In this document: piece by piece, positions 9,974 to 19,286 of the stretch
Layout of the letters: every line of letters begins with the position of its first letter
Position numbering within the stretch: position 1 is the stretch's first letter
Assembly (NCBI GenBank): GCA_963827165.1
Contig: CAWGZR010000003.1
Coordinates: forward strand, 96,001 to 160,000
Reading direction: 5' to 3'
DNA from: Candidatus Bathyarchaeota archaeon
Lineage (GTDB): Archaea; Thermoproteota; Bathyarchaeia; Bathyarchaeales; Bathycorpusculaceae
Length of the DNA: 64,000 bases
Translations under genes and position numbers: made by a program
The notes under the pieces: model-generated
Told to the model about the DNA's origin: nothing
Database searches by the model: none
What the model saw: the letters and a program-made list of their open reading frames with translations, nothing else

Positions 9974-10996
9974 GTGAAATTTATGGCGGTTATGAAAGCT
10001 ATTCAAGTTAGTGCTCCAGGCGGAGATTTCAAGTTAGTTGAAAAAGAGGTTCCTGAGCCGAAAGATCATGAAGTCCTGCTTAAAGTACATGCCTGCGGCG
10101 TTTGTCACGGCGACGCAATCGTAAAACAAGGCTACTTCCCAGGCTTGTCGTATCCAAGGACTCCAGGTCACGAGGTAGTTGGCACAATTGTCAAATTAGG
10201 CTCTGAGTCGCATTATTGGAAGGTTGGCCAAAGAGTCGGCGTGGGCTGGCGGGGTGGTCACTGCATGCATTGTAGATCGTGCCTTAAGGGTGATTTTTGG
10301 GCTTGTGAGAGTCCTTTGGCAACCGGCATTTCCAGCGACGGCGGATATGCTGAGTATATGGTTGCCCGAATGGAAGTACTCACCCAAATCCCAACTGAAC
10401 TTAGCTCAGTGGAAGCGGCGCCTCTTCTCTGTGCAGGCGCAACAACGTTTGGCGCCATGAAAAGTAGCATTGCCAAAGGCGGAGACCTGATTGCGATCCA
10501 CGGTTTAGGCGGTTTGGGGCATTTGGGGATACAGTTCGCAGCGAGGCTTGGCTTTCGAGTTGCAGTAATTTCGCGCGGCGGAGAAAAAGAGGCTTTGGCG
10601 CGTAAGCTTGGAGCCCAAATTTACATAGACTCCGAAAAACAAAATGCGGCGGAAGAATTGATGAAGATGGGCGGGGCAAAAGTCATTTTCTGTACCGCTC
10701 CCAACAGCAAAGCCATTTCGGAACTCGTCAGCGGATTGGCAAGAGGCGGCCAACTGATAATTATTACTTTCGCAAATGAGCCACTGCAGATTTCGCCCAT
10801 CGAACTAATGCGTGCCGTGCGTTCTGTGAGCGGATGGGTTGGAGGAAACGCTTCTGACACACTGAACTTCAGTGTTTTAACGCACGTCGTTCCGATGGTT
10901 GAGGTTTTTCCGCTTGATCAAGCTGCAACTGCCTTTGATAGGATGATGACGGCCAAGGTTCATTTCAGGGCTGTCCTTAAGATAAGTGAGGGTTAA
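9974..10996 (+). CDS. Zinc-dependent alcohol dehydrogenase (MDR family)
   Basis: CHGD, GHEVVG, CxxCxxC..C structural Zn site, GLGGLGH. Confidence 0.95.
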   Translation: MKFMAVMKAIQVSAPGGDFKLVEKEVPEPKDHEVLLKVHACGVCHGDAIVKQGYFPGLSYPRTPGHEVVGTIVKLGSESHYWKVGQRVGVGWRGGHCMHCRSCLKGDFWACESPLATGISSDGGYAEYMVARMEVLTQIPTELSSVEAAPLLCAGATTFGAMKSSIAKGGDLIAIHGLGGLGHLGIQFAARLGFRVAVISRGGEKEALARKLGAQIYIDSEKQNAAEELMKMGGAKVIFCTAPNSKAISELVSGLARGGQLIIITFANEPLQISPIELMRAVRSVSGWVGGNASDTLNFSVLTHVVPMVEVFPLDQAATAFDRMMTAKVHFRAVLKISEG

Positions 10997-10998
10997 GC

Positions 10999-11712
10999 AT
11001 GAGTGAATCATTAAGAATTATTCAAGAAAGACATTCCGCACGTGTCCCTTTTGACAAATCTCATCCCGTGTCGAACGAAGACTTGTTGAAAATTCTTGAT
11101 GCTGCGAAGTGGACACCTACCGCACATAACATGCAGAACTTCGAAATAATAGTGGTCAATGACGAAGCGGTATTGGAGCAGATAGGTGGCATCAAATCAC
11201 GGATTTCTGAAGAGTTTTTGCGTGAAAACTATGAGCAGTTATCCTTCTCAAAAGAGGAACTGCTGAAGAAAAAAACGGGGATTTTAGGTGCGATGTTTCC
11301 TCCTGAATGGGTTGATCCAGCGAAAATATCTGACGCGGTAAAGAACGCGTCGCCGATGCCAATTTCGCAGTCCATTCGGGGGAGCCCAACGCTTCTGATA
11401 GTTGTCTATGACTCGCGGAAGAGAGCGCCTGCATCGCAGGGCGACGTTTTGGGCTTCATCAGCCTGGGCTGCCTGATGGAGAATATTTGGTTAATTGCAG
11501 AGTCTCTGGGAATCGGGATGCAGATTCTAAGCGCCTTCTCGGCTCCACCTGTTGAAACAGAAATAAAGAAGCTTCTTGGCGTACCTGACTACATGAAAAT
11601 CGCTTACACATGCCGCCTGGGCCACCCCACGGGCGCAAGCAAATATTTCCGAGTTCGCCGAGACATAGAAGACTTCACCCATCACAACAAATACGGAAAC
11701 AAAGGACTCTAA
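10999..11712 (+). CDS. Nitroreductase family protein
   Basis: RHSAR..F, AAKWTPTAHNMQ, ENIWLIAESLGIG; 2 bp downstream of the ADH gene. Confidence 0.92.
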   Translation: MSESLRIIQERHSARVPFDKSHPVSNEDLLKILDAAKWTPTAHNMQNFEIIVVNDEAVLEQIGGIKSRISEEFLRENYEQLSFSKEELLKKKTGILGAMFPPEWVDPAKISDAVKNASPMPISQSIRGSPTLLIVVYDSRKRAPASQGDVLGFISLGCLMENIWLIAESLGIGMQILSAFSAPPVETEIKKLLGVPDYMKIAYTCRLGHPTGASKYFRVRRDIEDFTHHNKYGNKGL

Positions 11713-11736
11713 CCAAATTTCCCCCCCATTTTTCGA

Positions 11737-11916
11737 TTACGAGTCGCCAAGATTCTTTTTGTGGTGCTTAGATTTGATTTTGGGCTTCTGTTGTTCATTA
11801 TTTTTGGATATTAGCGCTTGTGGATCTTTGGCTTTCCTCTCCAAGTAAGCTGCGTATTGCTCTGGCGTAAAGTCCTTCCTAAACTTGTGTTCTTTACCCA
11901 AATTTTTTACATCCAT
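11737..11916 (-). CDS. Small basic hypothetical protein (59 aa, below ORF-track cutoff)
   Basis: MDVKNLGKEHKFRKDFTPEQYAAYLERKAKDP... open frame read manually. Confidence 0.4.
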   Translation of the reverse strand: MDVKNLGKEHKFRKDFTPEQYAAYLERKAKDPQALISKNNEQQKPKIKSKHHKKNLGDS

Positions 11917-11955
11917 TTTTTATTGCCGGAATTTTCAAGAAGGTAGAGGGGCATC

Positions 11956-12183
11956 CTAAAGAGGGTTAAGTTTTTGCTTATTTAATAGCTTTCGTTCATA
12001 GCGTTTTATTAATATAGGTAGCAGAAAAGCGAAAACAATAGTCACAATAGCTAGACTAACCAAAGTTACGTTTGAGCCAATAAAGTTAAACCCTGACATG
12101 ATTAAAATAATCAACAACAAAATTCCTCCAATTATCATCACTATTTTTCTTAGTTTTGAAGGAAAAATTTTCCCGTTATTCAT
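11956..12183 (-). CDS. Small two-TM membrane protein
   Basis: Two hydrophobic helices with basic termini. Confidence 0.55.
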   Translation of the reverse strand: MNNGKIFPSKLRKIVMIIGGILLLIILIMSGFNFIGSNVTLVSLAIVTIVFAFLLPILIKRYERKLLNKQKLNPL

Positions 12184-12636
12184 GAAAGCGTATTGTTTTT
12201 ACCCTGCTCAAAAGATTTTAGAACCGCTTGAATAGCTATTTGAAAAAGTGAATTATTTGAAAGGGCATCGAAATGCATGCAACACCTTGTTTTTTTGAGA
12301 AATTTGCTAATTATGTCATCCATAAGGCGCTGTTTGGGTTGAAAGGCTTCTAGAAAATCGGTTTTTTAGCTGATTTTTTTACAATTTGGTTATGGAATTT
12401 GCGCGGATTTCATTTGTTAATATTTAAATGTAAGTGGAGCACTTTATAGAGAACTATCTCGGGGTAGTAGGGAGAACAATAGCTGTGCGTGGGAGACTGC
12501 TCTGCAAAGTCGTTGGCTATTCTTTGGGCATTAGTCACCACCTCCAATCTAGTTTTGCTTACAATCACTTTAGACTTAGCGCTGTCCCTGAGGCAACTCT
12601 AATATTCACTCAAAAGAGCATATGGAGAAATGTTGT

Positions 12637-12966
12637 ATGATTGTGGAAGCCGCAATCGCCTTCGTACTCATATTCATCTGCACTTATGCAATTTACGCCC
12701 TAGGCAAACGATCAGCGCCTAAAACCACCATAAGCGAAAACGAGCAAGCATCATACGCCTGCGGAGAAAGAGTAACTTTCCACGGCCTAAAAATCAATGT
12801 TTCGCTCTACAAATACCTTATTTACTTTGTTATTTTTGATTCAGCCGTATTAGTCCTTGCTTTTGCTTCTTTCGCTTTAGCAAACACCAATCCTCTTCTG
12901 TTATTTTTGTACCTCGGCATGATTCTTGCATCAGCTTTGGTTCTACTCGAAGGAGGCAAAGAATAA
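12637..12966 (+). CDS. nuoA: Fpo/complex I-like hydrogenase subunit A (NuoA-like)
   Basis: YACGE loop, YLIYFVIFD, 3 TM. Confidence 0.85.
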   Translation: MIVEAAIAFVLIFICTYAIYALGKRSAPKTTISENEQASYACGERVTFHGLKINVSLYKYLIYFVIFDSAVLVLAFASFALANTNPLLLFLYLGMILASALVLLEGGKE

Positions 12967-13521
12967 ATGTCTAACACAGTAACTTGGGCACGCGTCAAAT
13001 CCCCCTGGGTTCTGCATTTTAACTCTGGCGCCTGCAACGGATGCGACATAGAAATCGTTGCCCTTCTAACGCCCAAATACGACGTTGAACGTTTCGGAAT
13101 AAAACTTGAGCCGTCACCGAGGCACGCTGATGTTCTTCTAGTCACGGGCTGCGTAACTCAACAATGTGCAGAACGGCTAAAACGGGTCTATGATCAGATG
13201 CCGCAGCCGAAATTCGTTGTCGCTATCGGAGCATGTGCATGCAGCGGCGGAGTCTTCGAAGGAAACTGCAACGTAGTCGGTGGCGTCGACAAAGTAATTC
13301 CAGTCACAGCTTACATACCAGGATGCCCACCACGTCCAGAAGCAATCATAGACGGCGCTGTAAAACTCTTAAACGCATTGAATGCGCCGAGAGTGAAAAA
13401 ACCAAAGAAGCCTGAACCCCCAAAGGAAAAGGCAAAACCAGCTGCTGAACCACAAGTTGTTGTGGCTCAGCCTGAAGCTAAACAAGTTATAACGGAGGCA
13501 AAATCTGATGCCAAACAGTGA
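12967..13521 (+). CDS. nuoB: Group 4 [NiFe] hydrogenase small subunit (NuoB-like)
   Basis: GACNGCDIE, SPRHADVLLVTG, GACACSGG, IPGCPPRPE. Confidence 0.93.
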   Translation: MSNTVTWARVKSPWVLHFNSGACNGCDIEIVALLTPKYDVERFGIKLEPSPRHADVLLVTGCVTQQCAERLKRVYDQMPQPKFVVAIGACACSGGVFEGNCNVVGGVDKVIPVTAYIPGCPPRPEAIIDGAVKLLNALNAPRVKKPKKPEPPKEKAKPAAEPQVVVAQPEAKQVITEAKSDAKQ

Positions 13522-15079
13522 TGTAGATATAGTTAAGGTAATTGAATCGAAATTTGGGACAAGAGTGCAAATTCAACCGGGACTGCTCGGAACAGCAACA
13601 ATATCCACTAGCGGCAGCTTACACAGAGACGTTCTAAAAGCCATGGTTGAAGCTGATGAAAAAACAGGCATAACCGCGATAACCGGATTAGATCTTGGAG
13701 CAAACCTTGGCTTGATTTATCACATTCACACCGAGAAAGGGTTCTTCGCTATAAAAGCCGAGTTGCCTAAGGAAAACCCGAAAATCCAAACTATAAACGA
13801 CATCATCCCAGGTGCAACCTTTCATGAGCTGGAAGTGACTGATCTTTTCGGCGTGATCTTCGAAGGCAACCCGCTTCAAGGTCACTTTTTGCTATCCGAA
13901 AACTGGCCAGAAGGGATTTTCCCATTAAGAAAAGACGTTAATCCTGCGAAAGTGAAACTTAACCCAGCGCCGCCCGAAGAAAAGATAGCTGAAGACAAAA
14001 AAGTGGTGAAGTTCATCATTGGTCCACAGCACCCTGCGCTTTTGGAGCCTGAAAAATTTGCAGTGACTGTTGATGGGGAAGTTGTTACGAAGGTTGAACC
14101 CCGACTCGGCTACGTACACAGGGGCATTGAGAAATCAGCTGAGACACGAACCTACGTTCAAGACATATATCTAGTGGAAAGAGTCTGCGGCATATGTAAC
14201 CCTTGCCATGCATACGGCTTCGTCGGCGCAGTCGAAAAGATTCTGAAAACAGACGTTCCGCCCAGAGCCAAATACTTACGAGTAATAGCACTTGAGCTTA
14301 ACAGGTTGCACAGCCACCTGCTCACTCTTGGTCACGCTGGCTTGGAAATTGGCTACGAAACTTTGTTCCAATACTTCTGGAGAGACAGAGAACCAATAAT
14401 GGATTTAATCGAGCTAACCAGCGGCAACCGCGTTTATGGTTCACTTATGGCCATAGGGGGCGTAAGACGAGACCTCAAGGACACAGATATCCCCAAGATC
14501 AAAACTGTCATGGTGGATTTGCGAAAGAAATTGCCGTTCTACAAGAAAGTTTACACAGAGGAGCCTTCAATACGTGCGCGCATGCAAAATGAAGGGGTAC
14601 TCTCAAGGGAAGACGCGATTAAGCTAAGCGTCGTGGGACCAGTAGCTCGAGGATCAGGATACGACATAGACGTCCGAAAAGATGACCCATATGAAGCATA
14701 CGGTGAAATCCCATTCAAAGAAATAGTTTACACTGCCGGCGACACTTGGTCAAGACAGAACGTACGCATGGATGAACTTGAACAAAGCATCGATATAATC
14801 GAGTATGCGCTTGATCACCTCCCGAAAGGGCCAATCCGCGTTGAAGTTTCAAGATACGTACCCGTCGGTGAAGCCATCAACCGCGTGGAAGCCCCAAGAG
14901 GCGAATTATTCTACTACGTAAAAGGCAACGGCTCAGCTTCGCCTGACCGAGTAAAAATACGCACTCCAACATACGCTAACATACCTGCATTCCTTAAGAC
15001 AGCGATAGGTGAGAACATAGCCGACGTACCGCCGAACTTTGTCAGCTTAGACCCATGCTTCTCATGCACAGACAGGTGA
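13508..15079 (+). CDS. nuoCD: Group 4 [NiFe] hydrogenase large subunit, NuoC-NuoD fusion
   Basis: NuoC domain (ELEVTDLFG..F.G.P, PLRKD); GPQHP; L1 RVCGIC and L2 DPCFSCTDR Ni-binding motifs. Confidence 0.93.
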   Translation: MPNSDVDIVKVIESKFGTRVQIQPGLLGTATISTSGSLHRDVLKAMVEADEKTGITAITGLDLGANLGLIYHIHTEKGFFAIKAELPKENPKIQTINDIIPGATFHELEVTDLFGVIFEGNPLQGHFLLSENWPEGIFPLRKDVNPAKVKLNPAPPEEKIAEDKKVVKFIIGPQHPALLEPEKFAVTVDGEVVTKVEPRLGYVHRGIEKSAETRTYVQDIYLVERVCGICNPCHAYGFVGAVEKILKTDVPPRAKYLRVIALELNRLHSHLLTLGHAGLEIGYETLFQYFWRDREPIMDLIELTSGNRVYGSLMAIGGVRRDLKDTDIPKIKTVMVDLRKKLPFYKKVYTEEPSIRARMQNEGVLSREDAIKLSVVGPVARGSGYDIDVRKDDPYEAYGEIPFKEIVYTAGDTWSRQNVRMDELEQSIDIIEYALDHLPKGPIRVEVSRYVPVGEAINRVEAPRGELFYYVKGNGSASPDRVKIRTPTYANIPAFLKTAIGENIADVPPNFVSLDPCFSCTDR

Positions 15080-15084
15080 CATAA

Positions 15085-16083
15085 ATGGCAGTTGACTTCT
15101 GGCTAATCGCACGCATACTAGTGTTCCCAGGCTTTACATTCATCCTGCTTCTAACTTTGTTCTGCGACTGGGTCGAGAGAAAACTCGAAGCCCGCTTACA
15201 AAACCGTGTAGGCCCAATGGTTGCAGGACCAGGCGGGCTTTTCCAGCCAGTAGCCGACTTCATAAAACTGCTAACTAAAGAAGAAATTGAACCGAGAAAC
15301 GCAAAGAAAATCGTCTTCAAGTTTGCTCCTCTTGCGGCCTTCGCAATGATGGTTTTTGCGATGTGTTTCTTGCCTGTTGACGGTGCAAGTGTCATTTCGA
15401 CAGGCGGCTTTCCCGGCGACTTGATTGTAATCTTAACGTTCTCGACAATAGCAAGTTTTCTACTGTTTCTCTCGGGGTGGGCGTCCTCAAACCCCTACGG
15501 AACAATCAGTTCAGCAAGAGTCCTCACCCAATTCTTAGGCTACGACATACCCCTCTTCATAATCGCGTTAACCCCAGCTTTCATCGCGGGAAGCCTGAGC
15601 ATATTCGCTATTGCCAGCTACCAAGCAGTAACAGCCCTTCCCTTTATCATAATGGCGCCGTGGGCTTTCGTGCTTTTCCTAATCACCATTCAAGCTGAAC
15701 TTGAAAAGGACCCCTTCGACGTTCCAGACGCAGAAAGCGAATTGGTCGGCGGAATCGAAACTGAATATACAGGAGCAAAACTTGCTTTCCTTCATTTGAC
15801 CCGTGATGTGCAAATAGTCTTTGGCTCAGCCCTGATCGTTGAATTATTCCTCGGAGGATTTTACGGACCCGTAATTGGGGGAGTGCCGGCGTTCTGGTAC
15901 TCTCTGTGGTTTGTGCTCAAACTCTTAGCCGTCGTGATAATAACCGAATACATAACAACTCTATTTGCAAGGCTGCGCATCGACCAAGTGCTATCCGCTA
16001 ACTGGAAAATAATCTTGCCCCTAGCTGTGGGCTCATTAATGTTGACCATTGCAATGATAACTTGGGTTTACCCGCTGGTGTGA
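15085..16083 (+). CDS. nuoH: NuoH-like membrane subunit
   Basis: ERK..AR.Q.R.GP, QPVADFIKLLTKE, PFD..DAESELVGG..TEY. Confidence 0.93.
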   Translation: MAVDFWLIARILVFPGFTFILLLTLFCDWVERKLEARLQNRVGPMVAGPGGLFQPVADFIKLLTKEEIEPRNAKKIVFKFAPLAAFAMMVFAMCFLPVDGASVISTGGFPGDLIVILTFSTIASFLLFLSGWASSNPYGTISSARVLTQFLGYDIPLFIIALTPAFIAGSLSIFAIASYQAVTALPFIIMAPWAFVLFLITIQAELEKDPFDVPDAESELVGGIETEYTGAKLAFLHLTRDVQIVFGSALIVELFLGGFYGPVIGGVPAFWYSLWFVLKLLAVVIITEYITTLFARLRIDQVLSANWKIILPLAVGSLMLTIAMITWVYPLV

Positions 16084-16085
16084 AC

Positions 16086-16547
16086 ATGACTGAAAAAAAG
16101 ACTGAAAAGAAAAAGAGAGCCGGCATACTATCTCCGATGTGGAAAAGAACCGCATCACACATTTTCACAAAACCCGCAACAACCAAATACCCCTTCGTCA
16201 AACCAAAGCTCCCAGATGATTACAGAGGTAAACCAGAGTACACTATCAGAACATGCAACATGATCGACCTAAGCGGGACCCAACGCCAATTCGAATTCGA
16301 CGTCCAGAAACTTGTGAAAACGAATTGCGCGGTTTGCGCCAGAGATTGCCCGGCATTCGCAATCGAAATCGTTGAAGTCGACGGCAAGAAACGTCCCCAA
16401 TTCGACCTGAACAAATGCATCTTCTGCAATCAATGCGTTGAAAGCTGCCCAAGAAACGCCATTAAAGGTTCGGCAGAATACGAACTTGCAACAACCGACA
16501 AAAAGTCATTGATCATAAAGCCCAATCCTTCGGAGGCCACAAAATAA
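16086..16547 (+). CDS. nuoI: NuoI-like 2x[4Fe-4S] subunit
   Basis: TTKYPF, CAVCARDCP, CIFCNQCVESCP. Confidence 0.9.
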   Translation: MTEKKTEKKKRAGILSPMWKRTASHIFTKPATTKYPFVKPKLPDDYRGKPEYTIRTCNMIDLSGTQRQFEFDVQKLVKTNCAVCARDCPAFAIEIVEVDGKKRPQFDLNKCIFCNQCVESCPRNAIKGSAEYELATTDKKSLIIKPNPSEATK

Positions 16548-17014
16548 TGATACTTGAAATCCTTTCAATCGGTATAATAATATCAGCGTGCTTCGCCCTG
16601 TTCCTCGATGAAGTAGTATATTCTGTTGCGGCATTCGCAGTAACTTTTATGTTCACAGCCCTGCTTTACTGGGTAAACGGCTCAACTTACGCGGCGATCT
16701 TCCAGTTTGCCGTTGGTGTAGGCACATTAGCTATTCTGTTTCTGTCAGGAGAAATGCTTGGCGACAAGGGGGTGAAGAAGACCTCGCCTGAGAAACTTGC
16801 TGCTCTGCTCGGAATAGGCGTTGTTTTGTCTTTGCCTGCGCTTTTTATTTCGGTTTCTGGTTCAGGCGGATCTTATGGCGTTTCCACCGCCAGCTTCGGT
16901 GACTCGCTTTGGAACCTAAATGGGCTGGACGTTGTATTGCAGGCTTTAGTTCTTTTGACGGTGGCATTGGGTATCGCAATTATCTTGTATGAACGCAAGA
17001 AAGGTGCTCTATAA
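16547..17014 (+). CDS. nuoJ: NuoJ-like membrane subunit
   Basis: 5 TM, AAIFQFAVGVG; position between the I and K subunits. Confidence 0.8.
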   Translation: MILEILSIGIIISACFALFLDEVVYSVAAFAVTFMFTALLYWVNGSTYAAIFQFAVGVGTLAILFLSGEMLGDKGVKKTSPEKLAALLGIGVVLSLPALFISVSGSGGSYGVSTASFGDSLWNLNGLDVVLQALVLLTVALGIAIILYERKKGAL

Positions 17015-17334
17015 TGGACTTCGTTGTTCTTTCAATTGTTATCTTGTCAATCGGCGTCTTCGGTTTACTGACTAATCGTCAACTCATCAAAGTGTTCATT
17101 TCCATAGAGTTAATCGCTGTCGGCGCCACCTTGAACTTCGTTATGCTTACCACCTCTGCGGGACAGGGGCTGGGACAAGCATTCTTGATTCTCGCATTCT
17201 CCACCGACACAGCAGTCAGCGCGGTAATTCTGGCGTTGCTTGTTATAGTGTCAAAAAAGTATGGAACAAGCGACATAAGCCAAATCATCAAGTCAATGGG
17301 AGAAAAAGCTGAAACAGAGGCTGAAACACAATGA
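17014..17334 (+). CDS. nuoK: NuoK-like subunit
   Basis: RQLIKVFISIEL...LNFV, 3 TM. Confidence 0.85.
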   Translation: MDFVVLSIVILSIGVFGLLTNRQLIKVFISIELIAVGATLNFVMLTTSAGQGLGQAFLILAFSTDTAVSAVILALLVIVSKKYGTSDISQIIKSMGEKAETEAETQ

Positions 17335-19283
17335 CCTTCGACATAACTGAGTTTTCCGCATGGGCAGTTTGGGTTCTACCGTTAATAGCATGCCTATTTG
17401 TTCCAGTTATCGCTAAGAAAGGCGACAAAATCCGCAATTACTTTGTTATCGGCATCATGTCTGTTGTCGCTGGCTTGGCTTTTTCGCTTGTGCCTGGCGT
17501 CTGGTTCGGAAGCGGGAAAGCTATCAACTACACGATAAGCTGGATTCCCAGCACCGTGAGCGCAGGCGTCTACATTGACCCACTAAGCGTATTATTCGTG
17601 TGTCTCGTCGCCTTCTTCGGCTTAATCATCGCCGTTTACTCTTGGGGTTACATGAAGGGCGAAGAAGGGTTAACCCGGTATTATTTCCTAATAATGCTTT
17701 TTATCGGTTCAATGGCGGGCTTAGTAATTTCTGATAATCTGCTTCAATTGTTTATTTTCTGGGAGATGGTGGGGCTCTGCTCCTACGCTTTAATTGCCTT
17801 CTGGTGGAAACGTCCCGAGTCGGTTAATGCAGGTGTTAAAGTTTTCATCATGACTCGCATCGGCGACATATCACTCTTAGCCGCCATAGGCATATTGTAC
17901 GCTGGTCCGATCATCAATGGTCAAGCGCCACTCTACACTTTCAGCTTCTCGGGCATAATAACCGCCCTTACAAACGCGGCTCACGCTCAAACCCTCAATA
18001 CAGGACTCTTAGTTACAGTTTTCTTCCTCGTTTTAGGCGGCGCAATTGCCAAATCAGCTCAATTCCCACTGTTCACCTGGCTATACAGCGCGATGGAAGC
18101 TCCAACCTCCGTAAGCGCTCTTCTACACGCTGCCACAATGGTTAAGGCAGGCGTTTATCTTCTTGCAAGATTTATCCTCATAGCCACAGTTGCAACACCT
18201 CTAATTATTGCGCTTCAACCACTCTGGTTCCCAACGGTTGCATGGATAGGCGTCATAACAGCGCTCATTGGCGCCACGCTGGCCATAACTACCACTGACA
18301 TTAAAGGAGTCCTCGCCTACTCAACAGTCAGCCAAATCGGCTTCATGATGGCCGGGTTAGGCGCGGCAACTGCAGGCGCAGTATCCGTCGGCTGGTTCGC
18401 CAGCTTGTTCCACATGGTTAGCCACGCTTTCTTCGAAGGCCTCGGATTCCTTATAGCAGGAGGCATTATACACGCGATCGGTACAAGAGATATGCGGCTG
18501 ATGGGCGGCTTACGAAAATACATGCCCGCTTCATTCATTCTTCTAGGTATAATGATTATCACCACGAGCGGTTTACCACCGTTCGCTGCATTCTTCAGCA
18601 AAGGCTTGATTATCACAAGTGTAACGAGCGCGAGCGTGGTACAGGGGATCCTGCTTTACGGAGCCGCAATTATAACTTTTGCTTACTGCATACGCATGTT
18701 CAGCTTAGTATTCATGGGTACCCCATCAGACCATATAAAGAAGCAACACGTACATGAAATGCCTAAAGTCATGCTTGTTCCCGCAGCAGTTCTGACGGCT
18801 TTGTGTTTCATTTGGGGTCTGTCGATGACGGGAATATTAGATTTCATGTCGAAATCAGCCATAACTGCAGGCTTAAGCAGCCTTAACATTTCGCTGTTAG
18901 GATCATTTGATGTTGTAGAACTGATATTCCTGGCGCTGCTCATTCCGACGTTTCTGCTGCTTTACTGGAGTTACTTCAAGAACTTTCTCGGCGTTAGAAA
19001 CGTTGGCGGCGGATCAAATCCCTTCGCGACGATGCTAAAACATGCCTACTTTGTTGATGACGCCTACTACGCATTTGCAAAAGGGCTCGGAAAACTCAGC
19101 ATAGGAGTAAAATACATTGAAGATTCAGCTAACAAGCTTAGTGTTAGCTTTGTCTATGGAACCGAACGCGCTGCTAATAGACTTAAAAAAGTGCCGTCGA
19201 CAACCATCCAAAACTACATCGCTGCAGGCATCGTCGGCTTCATACTAATCGTAATTCTAATTGTGTTAACAGTGGGGGTCTAA
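17331..19283 (+). CDS. nuoL: NuoL-like antiporter subunit
   Basis: FWEMVGLCSY, KSAQFPL..WL..AMEAPTSVSALLHAATMVKAG. Confidence 0.93.
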   Translation: MTFDITEFSAWAVWVLPLIACLFVPVIAKKGDKIRNYFVIGIMSVVAGLAFSLVPGVWFGSGKAINYTISWIPSTVSAGVYIDPLSVLFVCLVAFFGLIIAVYSWGYMKGEEGLTRYYFLIMLFIGSMAGLVISDNLLQLFIFWEMVGLCSYALIAFWWKRPESVNAGVKVFIMTRIGDISLLAAIGILYAGPIINGQAPLYTFSFSGIITALTNAAHAQTLNTGLLVTVFFLVLGGAIAKSAQFPLFTWLYSAMEAPTSVSALLHAATMVKAGVYLLARFILIATVATPLIIALQPLWFPTVAWIGVITALIGATLAITTTDIKGVLAYSTVSQIGFMMAGLGAATAGAVSVGWFASLFHMVSHAFFEGLGFLIAGGIIHAIGTRDMRLMGGLRKYMPASFILLGIMIITTSGLPPFAAFFSKGLIITSVTSASVVQGILLYGAAIITFAYCIRMFSLVFMGTPSDHIKKQHVHEMPKVMLVPAAVLTALCFIWGLSMTGILDFMSKSAITAGLSSLNISLLGSFDVVELIFLALLIPTFLLLYWSYFKNFLGVRNVGGGSNPFATMLKHAYFVDDAYYAFAKGLGKLSIGVKYIEDSANKLSVSFVYGTERAANRLKKVPSTTIQNYIAAGIVGFILIVILIVLTVGV

Positions 19284-19286
19284 AAA

